Shown in pieces: positions 27,100 to 42,221 of a stretch of DNA of 64,000 bases. The translations under genes were made by a program, and so were the position numbers. Positions within the stretch are counted from its first letter, which is position 1, and each line of letters opens with the position of its first letter. Origin of the DNA: Octopus vulgaris (lineage: Eukaryota); the NCBI GenBank assembly GCA_951406725.2, contig OX597833.1, positions 32,178,001 through 32,242,000 on the forward strand, written 5' to 3'. The notes under the pieces were generated by a model that saw nothing but the letters and a program-made list of their open reading frames with translations, was not told where the DNA came from and did not search any database.

Positions 27100-27873
27100 T
27101 CTTTCATTTTTCGCTTTTCTCATTGCAAACTCTTTCCTCTGTGCATGTGTGTATGTGACAGTGTGGATAGGGGCTGGTGACTTTGACGTATGGATGTATG
27201 CGTGTGTAAGTGTGTGTGCGTGGATGATGGTGTGTGTTCTGGGAAGTGGTCAGTGCTAGTGTGTGTGGAGTGGCATGGGGTGGTGTGATGTGGTGTGGGG
27301 TGGCAGTGGTGGGGTGTGGGAATGTGGGGTTGGGTGTGGTGTGGGTTTGGGTGAGGATGTGGGGGTAGGATTTGGGTATGTGGGAGTGGAATGTGTGCGT
27401 GGGTAGTGTGGATGGAGGGGTATCAATGAAGGGAGAAGGTAGTAAGAGTGAAGAGAGGAAGTAGGTGTCAGATGAAGAGAGGAGAGGAGGGGAATCAGAT
27501 GAAGAGGAGAGGGAAGTTGAGCCCATGTGGCACAAAGGAGTGAGGAGAGAAGATTAATTCTTGTTCACGGCGGAGGCGGGAGTCCGGATGGCCCCTGTAC
27601 AAAGACAATCTGAACAGAGACCGGTAGAGCGGAAATGGCGCGAGAACGGGGTGTCATTGCCCAGTCTAACGTCTCGGAGGTGCTCCGGGAACCGGTCAGC
27701 CAAGTGGCGTCCCGTTTGACCGATATACAGAGAAGGACAGAAAGAGCAGGTGATGCAGTAAATAACATTGCTAGAAGTGCAGGTAAAGGAGTCTGATATG
27801 AGAGGAACGATGATGGGTGCCTGTGAGGATGGTGGTGTTGGAGAGGTAGGGGCAAGTGCGGAAGCGTGGGCAA
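27100..27873 (-). mobile_element. Penelope-like (Neptune-type) GIY-YIG fragment with low-complexity 3'UTR
   Basis: Manual translation leftwards from 27793: DSFTCTSSNVIYCITCSFCPSLYIGQTGRHLADRFPEHLRDV; preceded by CPRFRTCPY in another frame. Confidence 0.88.
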
Positions 27874-28623
27874 TTTACATGTTTAGCACAATCCTGGCAA
27901 CTAGTACACACACGCATAGACACACATAGACACACACACATAGACACACACATACATAAGTACACATACGATGTATAAATATACTTTTTCATTGTACACA
28001 TTTCATGACTGTTGCTCCGTTTATTTCCTACGCTTTTCTCCATCGAGTGTTTTGTTTGTCTTAACTCTTTGTTGATTCACTTCGTTTTATTTCCCTGTCT
28101 CTGCCTATTTCTCTCTCTCTTTCACAAACACACACGCACACATACACATATTGTATATGCATGAATATATGTGTGTGCGTGTGCATATGCGTGCGTGTGT
28201 GTCAGCGTGTTCACACGTGTTTATCTTTGTGATGTATTTTGGTCAATGATGCCAACATCGACAATAAATTGATGTCTTAGAACAAGAATTACCCGCCAGG
28301 CAATTTTCTCACCCGGGTTGCACAGACACCTTGTAAGTCAAGGCGTCATAAGTGCAGCGGAAAACTTCTATATAGTCGATTGATCTGCTAAAATAGCTGC
28401 AACATCTCACTCAAATCAAATCATACAACTTTGGCAAAGAACACTATTGATAATGTAGTCCTAGATTATCTGCACAGAGAAGACAATCATGGCAAGAATG
28501 CCTTTAATCAAAAGCTTAGACCATCAAACTTATGATCAAAGCCTTCTAACCATGACCGAGGGCTAAGCAGAAGTCACTCACTACAAACCAATAACCAACG
28601 ATGCTGTTGTTCTCTATATGCAA

Positions 28624-30367
28624 TCTCTCTATATATAAAACTGGGAATATGTGTGTGTGTGTCTGTCTGTCTGTCTGTGTGTTTCCCTAAAACTTGAGAA
28701 CTACACAAACAATTTCATTCAAATTTTACACATGCCTTACTTAGGGTCCATGTAGTTTCATGGGAAAAAATGTTTAACTTCTTGCCTAGGGTGAGCCCAC
28801 AGCAATATCATATCTTCTCCACTACGATTCCATAAAACTTGAGAACTACACAACCAATTTCATTCAAATTTTACACAGGCCTTACTTAGGGTCCATGTAG
28901 TTTCATGGGCAAAAAATGTTCAACTTCTTGCCTAGGGCGAGCCCATAGCAATAGCATATCTTCTCCACTATTTCAGTATTACGTGTTAAAAGTGAAACAA
29001 AAACATTTCTCTATTTTATGTCAGATACTTTCACCTTGACAATAAAAATTAGAGATAATAATAGCAATTGAATTATATGTAGTAAGTAATAATTAAAATC
29101 AAACTAAAGTATAATATAATCGTAACATAACAAAAGTAAAAATAGCAATTGGTATAAAATTGCATCAATGACTTGAACTTAAATAAGTGGTTTCACATGA
29201 ATGGGAATAAATTAAAAATAAAATCAGCGTGCAGAAATGGAATAGTCCAGATGGAGCTGTGCACATACCGTTTACCACGGCTTTTACATTAGATTATCTG
29301 CTAATTAGCTAACATTAAGTATCTATATGAAGTTTGGCTTATGTAATGTCTGTTTTCTCGAACAGCCGCTTCTACTGAGTACTGCTGTTAGTTTATTTCT
29401 TTTACATAAAGGACTTCAACTGCGTACTGCTTTTTTGTCTACCGTAAGGTTTGTTGTTATTATTATTAGTTTAACTATTGTTATCACGTTTGTTGGTTCC
29501 TCGTAAAGGAAACGTTGTTGTGTTGCATTTGTTAAATAATTGTAAACTGTAACCTTCCGCCTTTGGGCGAAGGAGCTTTGGTTATTGTTTAAAAATTGAA
29601 TTGTGTCCCTGTTTGGGGAAATTGACAATATTTTCACCGTTTATACGAAGCATTTTTGTTAGAATGCCTTCGATAGAAGAAAGTCCAAAAATGAATTTCT
29701 CTCCAGCCGTCGGCGGGCGCGAACTCATTAAAATTAAAATGGAAGAAATACAAACCTATTTCGGATTGATCACCGACAAAGACGGTGAATCTTGGATAAC
29801 ACCACCAAACGAAATAAAAAATTAAATTAAAGAAAAGACTATTGTCTATAAAGTATACAGTGTAGAGATAAAAAAAGATTTGAACACCTGGAGGAAAGCA
29901 CCATCGAAAAGTGTCTTGGTGCGACTATGAAAGATATCTAACCAGAGGCGGTAAATTCGCCACAACAGAAGCAAGGTTCGAGTCAACGAAGCGTGCAAGG
30001 GAATACTCGACTCGAACCTTGCAAAGTGGAAATATTTTATTTTTACCTTTATATCTGGGACGTAGGACGTCACGGATAAAAAAAAATGTCCCTCCAGAAG
30101 TAGAGGTAGGCTGGATTGTAGCCACACTTCTATACAAGAGGGATGAAAAGATACAATTGATCGAAATTGCAAGAGACGGGCCTACAATTCCAGTCTGTTA
30201 TATATTTTGAGTATTGTTATCACTAGCGATATCAAGATATAACTTTGTATTTTGTATTTTATGTGTAGATGTATATATATAGATGTACATGTAATATGTA
30301 CACATATATATACACATATATACATGCACTAGCACTATGACTCGGCAACGACGGGTCATAATGTTAG
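28624..30367 (+). mobile_element. Non-autonomous Helitron-like element (termini tentatively paired)
   Basis: 5' TCTCTCTATATATAAAAC; internal ~145-bp duplication; 3' long hairpin CTAGCACTATGAC..GTCATAATGTTAG. Confidence 0.55.
29540..30185 (+). pseudogene. Tx1-like ORF1 5' fragment
   Basis: YLTRGGKFATTEAR..FLPLYLGRRTSRIK..VPPEV aligns with YLARGKKFGTIEIR..LIPIYTGMRTSKIR..VPPQV of ORF 25923-26366. Confidence 0.8.
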
Positions 30368-32174
30368 TATAACATAATCTTAAGACTGCATTCTATAGGC
30401 TGAGAGTGTGTCTCGTTACACAGCGTTTGTAAAAGTCATTGACATTAGTTTCGTTGTAGTTGGGTACTGTTGATATTTCTGTTACAGAATAGCCCCAGTT
30501 AAAGCTATGATCGCGTAGATATTTGGCCAAATGCATTTCAGCTGTATCTATCTTATCTCCACATTTTTTTTTCATATTTATATGACTGTTGATTTAGGAT
30601 CATATCAGCCAAAGTAGGTTGACCTTACTTAAGAGAGTAAGGTGTAATTTATTTTTTCGGACCACTGACACTGTAGGAAGAAATGTATCACCAAACCGGG
30701 AATATGGTCCGATATCGTCAAATTGGAATCTGGCCTGAATGCTTCCAACAAACTGGACTCCACTAAGCACAGAGTGTTAAACCGAGCGATTAATTAAATC
30801 TACCTCTCAAGAACTCAAAACTCAAAATACCACGAGACACCGTGTGCGGCTTTCGAATAATTCCGTTAATCCATTATTTTATCAACTCCAAAAGTATTAT
30901 TAAATGCAAGGATATCTGGGAAGGATTTGAACTGATATTGCGGCGAACTGGGGCAAATTCTGCTGCATATTTTATCCTACCTTCCAACAGCTCTCCTCGT
31001 TTACCACCAACTGAGTCAGTTTGGTTGTTATTTCTGGCAGGTGGTGCGTACATATAGATGTGCCTCTTTGATTAGAGATATTATTCTTGTTGACTTCCAG
31101 GTCAATCCTAATGGAGCAGACTAGGATCAAAGCATTTCAGCCGTGACCATCTCGTCTTTTTATGCTGAAATATATTGTAAAAAACATGCAGAACATATGA
31201 CTACGTCTTGTATTGATGGTGACGTTGTTGTTGATAATATTACTATTGTTATTTATATAGATGTTGTGACTGTTCTTGTCACTCTACTACCTCTGTGAGC
31301 GTTGTTATTATTGTTACTATCTACATTACAGGACAAAACTTCTCACGTTATTTAGTTACCTCACTTTACGTTTTAACGTCTAAATTTGCATTCAGGTGTC
31401 GAAAAAAAAGCAAACTAAAAAAGGTTTGTGATGGAAGCAGTGATTAATATATTCGACTTTTCCTTTCCCTTCAAAATGTATAGACTGTTTCGATTATCCC
31501 TTTTCATACTTTCGAGAGTTGATAAAATAATAAATAAAATAATAAAATAAAATATGCTCAGGACGAATTTCTTTTCTCTCACAAAATGTCTGACCTTCAA
31601 TCTCCGTCGACGAGTTTACTTCCACGACTTACTTTTGTAGACATTTTAATAAAGTTTATCTTTTCATAAAAAGGTCAACTATTTCTATATATGCAGATCT
31701 AATCTCACAAGTTCATAAATATGATTAAGAATTTAAGAATATGCTAAAACATTGGGTTCTAACAAAAATTACAGTGGTGGAGGAGTATAATTATTTCAAT
31801 TTACGCGAGTAGTGAACTGGCACATCTTTATAATAGCTTCAGAAAGTTGTAAGGTAATGTTCACCCCAGTGAGATATGAACATAGAAAATAAAGGGAGGC
31901 AGCTATACATCGGTTTCAAATTGTGGCACAAGGCTAGTAAGTTCGGGAGAGGGAAAGGAATAGTCGAATATATTAATCCCTCCTTCCATCACAAAATCAT
32001 TGGCACTTCTCTTTTTTTTCGACACCCGAAGGCCAATGAAATGCAAATTTAGACCTTGAAACGTAAAGTGAAGTAACTAAATAACGTGGGAAATTTTGTC
32101 CTGTAATGTAGATAGTAACAATAATAGCAACGCTCACAGAGGTAGTAGAGTGGCAAGAACAGTCACAGCAACAT

Positions 32175-32318
32175 TGGACCCAGTATTCAACTGGTACTTA
32201 TTTTACCGACTCCGAAAGGGTGAAATGCAAAGTCGACCTCGGCGGCATTTGAACTCAGAACATAAAGACGGATGAAATGCCGCTAATCATTTTGCCCGAC
32301 ATGGTAACGATTCTGCCA
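32175..32318 (-). mobile_element. SINE (second family)
   Basis: GGTACTTATTTT..CCGAAAGG.TGAAA.GCAAAGTCGACCTCGGCGG..TTTGAACTCAGAAC, shared with 41633-42189. Confidence 0.75.
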
Positions 32319-32869
32319 ATATTAATTGCCCTAATCATGTTCCCTTAATTATCATAATTTCAATAATTAAGATAACAGTTTCGAAGATAAAGGTAGAACG
32401 GTGAAGAAAATGCTTTGCAATATTTTGTTCCGGTTCTTTGCAGTCTGAGTTCAAATCCCGTTGAGGTCAACTTTGCCTTCCAACCTTTCAGAATTTCTCT
32501 TTCTCTCTCTCTCTCTGGCTTAGTATAAGCTAGGTTGCAGTATCAGGAAGGGCTATGTAAAGGTACTTATAACTCACATTCACTAGAACTGGGGTAGGAT
32601 TCAGTGAAGGAAAAGCTCTGTCTTCTCACGGAAAACTGATATACCTTAAAACATTACTAGAACGATGTATAACATAGTACAGAATGAAAAAAGAAATAAA
32701 ATATTGATATTAATAAATGAATAAAGAAAATTTGAGATGGATGCATATAAAAAAGTTGTAACATGGATCATCTGTTACATACAGATCATCTGTTACATAC
32801 ATCATCTGGAATGATATACAGCTCCGCCGCCGCTTTACTCATAGTTTCCTTTTGCTACAGAAATAGCTT

Positions 32870-33733
32870 CCCTTCTTAAAATTTTAGTCTGGAGAAGAAC
32901 CAGAAGTCACACAGTGCCAAGTCAGGAGAGTAGGGAGCCTGTCGAACAAGTGGTGCGTTGTTCTTAATAAGTAAATCTTGGATTATGTGGGCGGGATGAG
33001 CGGGAGCATTGTCATGGTGAAGTTGTCAATTCTTCGTCGCCCACATCTCCGGTCACTTTCGACGCACTGCATCACGAAGGCGACATATAACCTCCAGGTA
33101 ATATTGGCTTTGTGGAACGTATTCATGATCCACAATACCACGGGAGACAAAGAAACAGGTCAACATTACCTTTCATTACTGCAAACATGTCGTGCTCTTT
33201 TAGGATGCTTTCATTGGGAGGACTTAAACTTGGTTTCCGGGTCGTAACAATGAACCCATGTCTCATCACCAATGTTGATGGTCTTCGTGAAGTCTGGGTC
33301 ATCGTTTGCACTGTCCAGCATGTCCTGAACGATTTCAATCGACTTCTCGTTTCGGCTTCTGTTTGGCCTGCTTGAGCGTGCCTCGCTTTCCACTGAGCTG
33401 TGGCCATATTTGAAGCGGTTGTACCATTCTTTGATCTGAGTTTTACCCACAGCATCATCGCCAAAGGCCGACTGAATCTTCTGAATAGCTTCAGCTTGAG
33501 TATCGGGCTTTTGGCAAAACTTGATGCTATATCTCTGCTCGAAGGTCATCTTATGTGACTACGAAAATCCGATAAGCGCGAACTACATGGATGTACACCA
33601 GGCATAACAGCTGGGGACTGACGCAGTCTACCGGACGGGAAGAGTGGCGTCACATCTTACGCAAAGGTTTTCGCCCACGCTGCATTAGTTTTGGCGGCAA
33701 GAAATAAATCGGATACTTTTTGAACACACCTCG
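32870..33733 (-). mobile_element. Mariner remnant
   Basis: Minus-strand TIR-like CGAGGTGTGTTCAAAAAGTATCCG; MTFEQRYSIKFC; GDETWVHCYDPETK; HHDNAPAH. Confidence 0.88.
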
Positions 33734-33910
33734 TGTGTTTGTTTTTTCAGATGGTGGATACTGTCGCAAATAGAGTGCGCACGCTCGCACACGTACATAT
33801 GCATACGCACGCACGTACCCCACACATTTATGTGTGTGGATGTATGTATATGTATATACATGTACGTATATGATTAAATCTATATTTATTTATATTGTGT
33901 ATGTGTGCCC

Positions 33911-33941
<31 letters not shown>

Positions 33942-34629
33942 ATATATATATATATACGCGTATAAATACACATACATATTTGTATTTGTATATATGTGTG
34001 TATATATACATGCATACATACAGACCTATACACGCACGCATATATGTAAGCATTGTGCAAGTATATTGAGAGAGAGAAAAAGAGAGAGGGAGGGAGAGAG
34101 AGAGAGAGAAGGGTGAGAGAATAGGGAAGAGAAAGAGAGAGAGAAAGATATTTTGATTGTTTGAATTGAAGATGGTGTAAAAAGACACCGGTTGGTAATT
34201 ATCCAGCCCCACGTCTGAATGTTATTAAAGTTTTGAATATCAGATAGTGTGCTCACACACGCACGCACACGCGCACTCTAAACCATGTATCCGCACAAAT
34301 ATGGTAGTGGAAAAAAAAAACAGAAACCGTGATATAACTATCTTAAATATATTTAAGAACGTGATCTGCTTAATATTTGCTCTTAAAAGAATCTCAATGA
34401 AGAGTTCAGAAAATGTCCTCTGTAATGATTTTAGACAAAATGGTGAACAGTTCTTTTTCTTGTGAATCAAATGTTTGAGATCATTTTATAGAAAATAGGA
34501 TGTTAATTTCTGGGACAATTAGCCTCATCTTTTGAAATAATTCTTAAAAATATCTCCCTATAATATCGATATCTACACTACATCTCGGTCAGGTCAGTTT
34601 GATCACCGATTGATACCAATATCTAAGTT

Positions 34630-35250
34630 TACATGTTTACACTTTTATCGCCTTCAAAGCATTTTCCAATTGAAGCAGTGTATCGGTGCTGGCGCGTTTT
34701 TCACTATTCAAAATGGTGCTGGAACTCTTGCGAAGTGATGCCTTTTAACGCCTCCGTCATTTTTATTTACACGTCTTCCACATCTGCAAATTCCGTAGCA
34801 CCAGCTTTCATCACCAGTCTTCCTACTGTTCCTTCAGTTCATGACACATATTCAGTCGTGACTGATTTTGATCTTCCGTGAGCAAGTGAGGCACAAATTT
34901 TGCTGCGACTCTTTTCATTCGCAATTCCTCACTCGAAATTCTTTGGCAGAAGCTCCAGGACAGACCACTCCTATCAACAAGTTCGTCAATTGTTCGGTGA
35001 TGGTCCTCCAAGATCAGTTCATGAATTTTTATGATGTTTTCATTCGTTTGGAACGTCGACGGTCGTTCTGAACTATGTTGGTCTTCAAGCGACAAGTGAC
35101 CATTCCTAAAGCGTGAAAATCACTCGTAAACTGTTTGAAGCATGACAACTGTTTTGGTCACCGTTTTCCCCAACAGAAAACAGAATTTCACGGAAGCACG
35201 ATGTTCGTTCGTTTCAGCCATCGCAAAAATCGATGAACAGGGAGAAGCAC
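34630..35250 (-). mobile_element. Internally deleted mariner
   Basis: EHRASVKFCFLLGKT and AAKFVPHLLT joined to a C-terminal ..CFEGD segment. Confidence 0.85.
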
Positions 35251-36119
35251 TGCAAAAAAGACTGATGACTGAGGGTCGCATCAAGTGGCTTCTAGAGGCG
35301 AAAGCTTCAAGTACAACAGGCTTGTCCCACATTAACGTTATAACTCGTTGTGGAGTCTTTTTAAGGTATTGCCTTGATGACAACCATAATCTCAAGTATT
35401 ATTGTTTCTTTGATAACCTTAGTTTTGATATTTTCTTCAAAAAGGCTAATAAAAATCGTTTCAGTTGTTTGATCATCAACGATCTTCAAGCCATATTCAG
35501 CTACCTATTTATTTGGTAGAATTTCTGTGATACATTCGGATATTTCCAGAAATAACTTCTATCTGACTGTTTCATAGCAAATTCCAATTCCATAGTTCTA
35601 GAATGGATTCGAACCCGAAAGTTAGTAAGGAACTTAAAATACATATGTAAGCGCTTAAAAAGACAAAGGTTTACTTTTGAAGTCCAGTCTCATCGTATCT
35701 GTAGATCTCAGAAATATGACCTCTAATGACAATTAGTGATTAAACAGATTTATATTCAGTGCCGATGTGTTTGAAATAAAAGGATACTGTTTCTAAAGAT
35801 GAAGTTAATATTTCGAAAAAAATTATTATCCCGACTTAAATTATTTTGCGAATAATTTGACATGCAAATCTAATTCAGATAGTGATCTCTCTGAATTTAG
35901 TTGAAAGGTTTTGCCCAATGAAGTTTAAAGTGTTGACAGAGCTTCGTATAATATAACTGATTCAGTGAAATCAGATTCATGATTTTTGTCTCGTTAAATT
36001 TTGCTCTTGTTGCTGAAATAGCATTTGGAGTATGATAGTGAATTTCAAATCAAGTCGCGAATCTCTATACAGTCTCTCTATCCGCTAGAACTAGCAAGCA
36101 AACTTCTTGCTCATGGAAA

Positions 36120-38810
36120 AACTCCTTAAAACTCATGGGTACCATAACATTGAGGGCAGGTGCATTCTTTTTTTCTTTTCTTTACTTTTCTCCAACTACA
36201 GGCGTATGCTCAGGGCAGGTCCGTTTACACGCACCATTCTCGTCACTTTCCGCCATCTTTCAGAAAGCTGGGTAGAAGACAATATTTCCCTCTCTATCCC
36301 TATTTTCCTTTTTAAAGGAAACTTGAAGAAGTTCACTAGGGATTGGCCGAAGAAAAAAGTGTTTGCCTTTAGTCACTTCAGTTTCGTCCACCATACAATC
36401 TCTTTCGCCATGGCTCCCAGGCATATAAACACGGCCTTTCCTCCCCGGTTAAAGGTGGCGGGGTGATCATCACGATGGACTCAGTTGAGAGCTGGATCCG
36501 TCCTGCAGGCGACATCAAGTCTTCGACATGAACCCACGGGTCAACAATACTCTGGTATTGGACGAGTGCATGTAGGACTGTCACCCAGCGCCCATTTCGG
36601 ACACTTCTGTGCCTGTATAGTTTATCTCGAACAGGCAAACCTCCCCGGTAATACTGCCAGGTCAGAAATTTTTGGAAGGTATCTATTATTCCCGGGCCAA
36701 AAGTTCTTCCGAAAAGAGCGACTAGCTGATCTTCTTCGACATTCAAAGTCTTCCCAAGAACTTCGTCGCACTTTCCCTCAACTAATCCTCTATAAAAAGC
36801 TAAAGTGGACATTCCATCTGAGGTTCCATCAGATGTTTTATCTGACGGCTGTGAGTGCTTGAAAACATTCTACTTTCCAAATGCCCTCTTTCGGTCTCTG
36901 TTTTACTCAGGACTGCAGCTCCGTTAAAGAAATTAGCTGGGGAAATACATGTCTGGCGAACGACGACTACATCTGTTCACCATCAAGGAAGCGGTGGAGG
37001 CGTCATAGCCACAGCGCAATGTCTGCGCATCATCAACCACGACAGGCCCATACCAACACGCAGTAGATGTTGACAGTAGGTAGACCACCTGACCATCGGG
37101 ACGCGTTCCTTCCACAAGAAGTATACACTTCAACGTTATCAGACAGTGGCCGGGACAAGGCACAACAGTCAAACGGTAGTAGATGACGGACGCGATGTAC
37201 GCATAAGCCACTTCTGCCTGTCCTTTTAAGGACAGCTTCCTCTAGGACCATTTCTCGGCGAGAGTAGTCACCCTGCTCGTTACTTCGACCCAGTTTTTGT
37301 CCATCTAGAGGTCCAGATCTAACCAGACCCCGAGCAATTTAACTTTCTAGCACACAACGACGCAGCTGGATGGCATGTACTTGCTTCTCCTGGCGCCGAG
37401 CTGCAATCTCGCTGATTTTTCCTCGTTAATCGTAGCTTCTGATACTGCCCCATAGTCTCTGAGAGTGGTACTGAACATTTCCATATGATTATGATCCGAC
37501 ACCACTACAGTGACGTCGTCGGCGTATGTCGACACGCATTTTCCACATCCTAAGTCACGTAGGATGCCTCTCAACGCCACCAGCTTGTGTAGTAGTGGAT
37601 CGAGAGTCGGTACGTGCAAGAATGACAGGACAACCATGCCGGACCGAGTGCATGATGTTGAATGGTTCTGAAAGGTGACTATTCATTCTGATCATCAAGA
37701 GATGTCGCAGTGCATTGCAGCGATCCAGCCCTTGAATACGGGCCCGAAACCATCTGCCTTGACGACCGCTGCCAAGTATAGATGCTCGACCCCCATCGAA
37801 AGCTTTAGACTGATTTGAATTGATCAGAGCCTCACCCATGCCAGGTTCTTTAGCTACTGTCTCAATGATGTATCGCATGAGGTGGGGGTTGTCATGGATG
37901 TATCTTTTCGGGATGGCACATGCTTTTGCCTCCCCTACCAGATCACTGTCGACAAGCGCCAACCTCGTAGCTAATACCTTGGCCAAAATTTTGAACTCTG
38001 TATTGAGCAGAGTTATGGGCCTAAAGTTGTCAATACAGTCCCCCTTGCTTGGGTCTTTTCTCAGTAGCGCCACCGCTCTTCGGCTCACAAAACTAAGAAT
38101 TCTCTCATTCTCCTGACAGTTGCAGAAAAAGTTTGCTAAGAGCTCGCCGAACAAGTCTGGCATGTAAGCGTAATTTTTGTGGGGCAGACCATTCAAACCA
38201 GGCGATTTACCCCTCGTGCAGCTAGCCATTGCTTCCCGTATTTCAAAAGTTGTTATCAGCATTTCGCAGCGCCTTGCCCCCGTCGCCGACATCCACAGCA
38301 GCTCGTCAGGTAGGACGTCAAATATATCCTGCGACCTGCTCACCGCTACTACCAAACATTTGAGCGAAGCACTGCTGAAAGGCTTCACACATCTGTCTCA
38401 GATCAGTCACTATTTGCCCGCCGTGGTCCGGCAAGGATCAGATCGTGGATTTATTGCCACGCCGTGTCTCTGTCACTCGGAACCATTGAACGGCTTTCGT
38501 CACTTCGTGTCTAAGAGCACGGGCCTTAGCACTGGCAACGCAAACTTCGTGTTTCGCGTTGAAAAATTGGTCGAGTGCCAATTTCGCTGCGAGCCCGTCG
38601 GTCGCGATGCCTTTTCTAAACATCACGTCTAACTTCTTGACTAGCTTCGCCTCTACACTGTTTCTTTCTACTGCTGGTCATTTGCTAAATCTTTTTGATT
38701 TTATTCACCTTCTTCAGGGCGAACCACCATTTATTATTGATGACATTCCCCGTTAACGCTCTATTAACTAGTTCACTAATCCGGTCTCTGAAATTTTTAC
38801 CAGCAATAAT
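36120..38810 (-). mobile_element. Tx1/L1-like LINE ORF2 remnant
   Basis: GKSPGLNGLP, FRPITLLNTEFKILAKVL, YADDVTV, LPVRDKLYRH; many frameshifts. Confidence 0.9.
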
Positions 38811-39087
38811 AAACTTCTACCAGCAATCCGTATAACTAATGCATTAGACACTCAACACACAATACAAGCAGTAACACAACAAAAGACTGCACCACACCTC
38901 AAGAGAAAAGAAGGACTAAATAACACAATACAATACCAGGAAGAGTTCGCACATTCCCAACATCAGGAAAGAATACACAATGCTTCACACACCCCAGCAA
39001 CACGGAAGTGTAGCAGATGATGTAGTAGAAATTTGCCTCAATCTACCAAATATTGAACAGTTATATATAATAATAATAATAATAATG

Positions 39088-40296
<1,209 letters not shown>

Positions 40297-41079
40297 CGGT
40301 GTACTGGATATAGTAAAAGTGAACATGAACACGTACAAAAATAAATAGAAAACAATAAAATTATATTGGGGAGAATTTGCACTGTTTAAAAATATAAGTC
40401 AAATAGGCCAAGGCCATACTCTACGCAACTCGTTTTCAGTTCAATGCCACATTTTCCTCAATGCACTTCTATCACATTTTTTCCCATGTCACACATATTC
40501 AACCTAATCACCACTCAATAAAATAACAATTCACACAGTAAAAGTTATTACAGAAGAACGCTTTCACTGAAAATACGCAAAACACTAAAATAACACAAGA
40601 AACAACAAAACTAAATCACACGATGAAAAAATATAGAAGTAACTCACACATACAAGCATACGCCTAATCTCAATAATTTTGCATACTTTTAAAGAATAAT
40701 AAAAAAAAGTATTATAGGAATAAAAAGGTATTTGGATATGATGTAAACGCTCGAATGAATTGTTGAAAAGTAATAAGAATAAGAAAGGATTGAGAAAGAA
40801 GTTGCAGGAATGTGGAGGATGAATGTGGAGGATGAAAAGTAATAGGGATTCCTTACACGGTCAAGAAGAAATTCAAATAATCTTTGGAGAAGATCGGAAT
40901 TGAAATTCGAATATGTCTATTGCAGAAAAAAAACATTATTAGTAACGATAAAGATCCTGACGAAGATGCCCAATGATTGAGTCAATGAAAGAACTTTTTA
41001 AAGGATCCTCAGTTACAGTTTATGACTCCTTACTTGACTTGTAAAATGACAAAATGCTTGTCTGCGAATAATCCTTGCT

Positions 41080-41514
41080 ACTATACGAACAAGGCCTGCA
41101 ATTTTATGGGACGAGAGCCAGTAAATTTTATCATCCTAAGTGCTTGATTGGTGCTTATTTTATCGATCCTGAAAGGATAAAAGAAGTCGACCTTGGTGGA
41201 ATTTGAACTCAGAAAGTAAAACCAGGAGAAATGCTGCAGAATATTTTGTCCAGCGCGGTAACGATTCTGCCAGCTCGCTACTTTTTGTCTGTTATAATAA
41301 TAGTAAATTCCTGATTTTCGCACAAGGCCAACAATTTAATGGGGAAAGATTTAGTAAGTTTCACGCATCTCAATACTTCATTGGTACATTTTATCGACAC
41401 CAGAAAGATGAAAGGCAAAGCTGACCTTAGTAGGAATTGAACTCAAAAAGCAGAATGCCGTAACAAATAATGATTCTCGAAGCTCAATGCATTCATCATC
41501 ATCATCATCATCTG

Positions 41515-41547
<33 letters not shown>

Positions 41548-41589
41548 AAAATAAAAAAAATAAATAATAATAATAATAATAACAACAAC

Positions 41590-41630
<41 letters not shown>

Positions 41631-42189
41631 CAGTCCTTTCTACTGTAGGCAAAAGGCCTGACATTTTTGGGGAGGAGACCAGTCGATTGCATCGACCCCA
41701 GTGCGTAACTGGAGCTTAATTCATCGACCCCGAAAGGATGAAAGGCAAAATCGATCCCGGCAGCATTTGAATTCAGAACATGAAGACATACGAAATACCT
41801 GTTTCTTTATTACCCACAAGGACAGACAAACGGATTAAGTCGATTACATCAACCTCAGTGCGTAACTGGTACTTAATTTATCGACCCCGAAAGGATGAAA
41901 GGCAAAGTCGACCTCGGCGGAATTTGAACTCAGTACGTAACGGCAGACGAAATACCTATTTCTTTACTACCCACAAGGGGCTAAATACAGAGGGGACAAA
42001 CAAGGACAGATAAACGGATTAAATCAATTACATCGACCCAAGTGCGTAACTGGTACTTAATTTATCGACCCCGAAAGGATGAAAGGCAAAGTCGACCTCG
42101 GCGGAATTTGAACTCAGAACGTAACGGCAGGCGAAATACCGCTAAGCTTTTCGCCCGGCGTGCTAACGTTTTTGCCAGCTCGCCGCCTT
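41080..42189 (-). mobile_element. Cluster of second-family SINEs, including a multimerised copy at 41633-42189
   Basis: Repeated CGACCCCGAAAGGATGAAAGGCAAAGTCGACCTCGGCGGAATTTGAACTCAG; head GGCGGCGAGCTGGCA at ~42187. Confidence 0.85.
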
Positions 42190-42221
42190 AATAACAACAA
42201 CAACAACAACAACAATAATAA

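Noticed and set aside
30393-30800. Possible host exons in unique-looking sequence
   Set aside because: Short frames with no recognisable domain and no convincing splice-site pair
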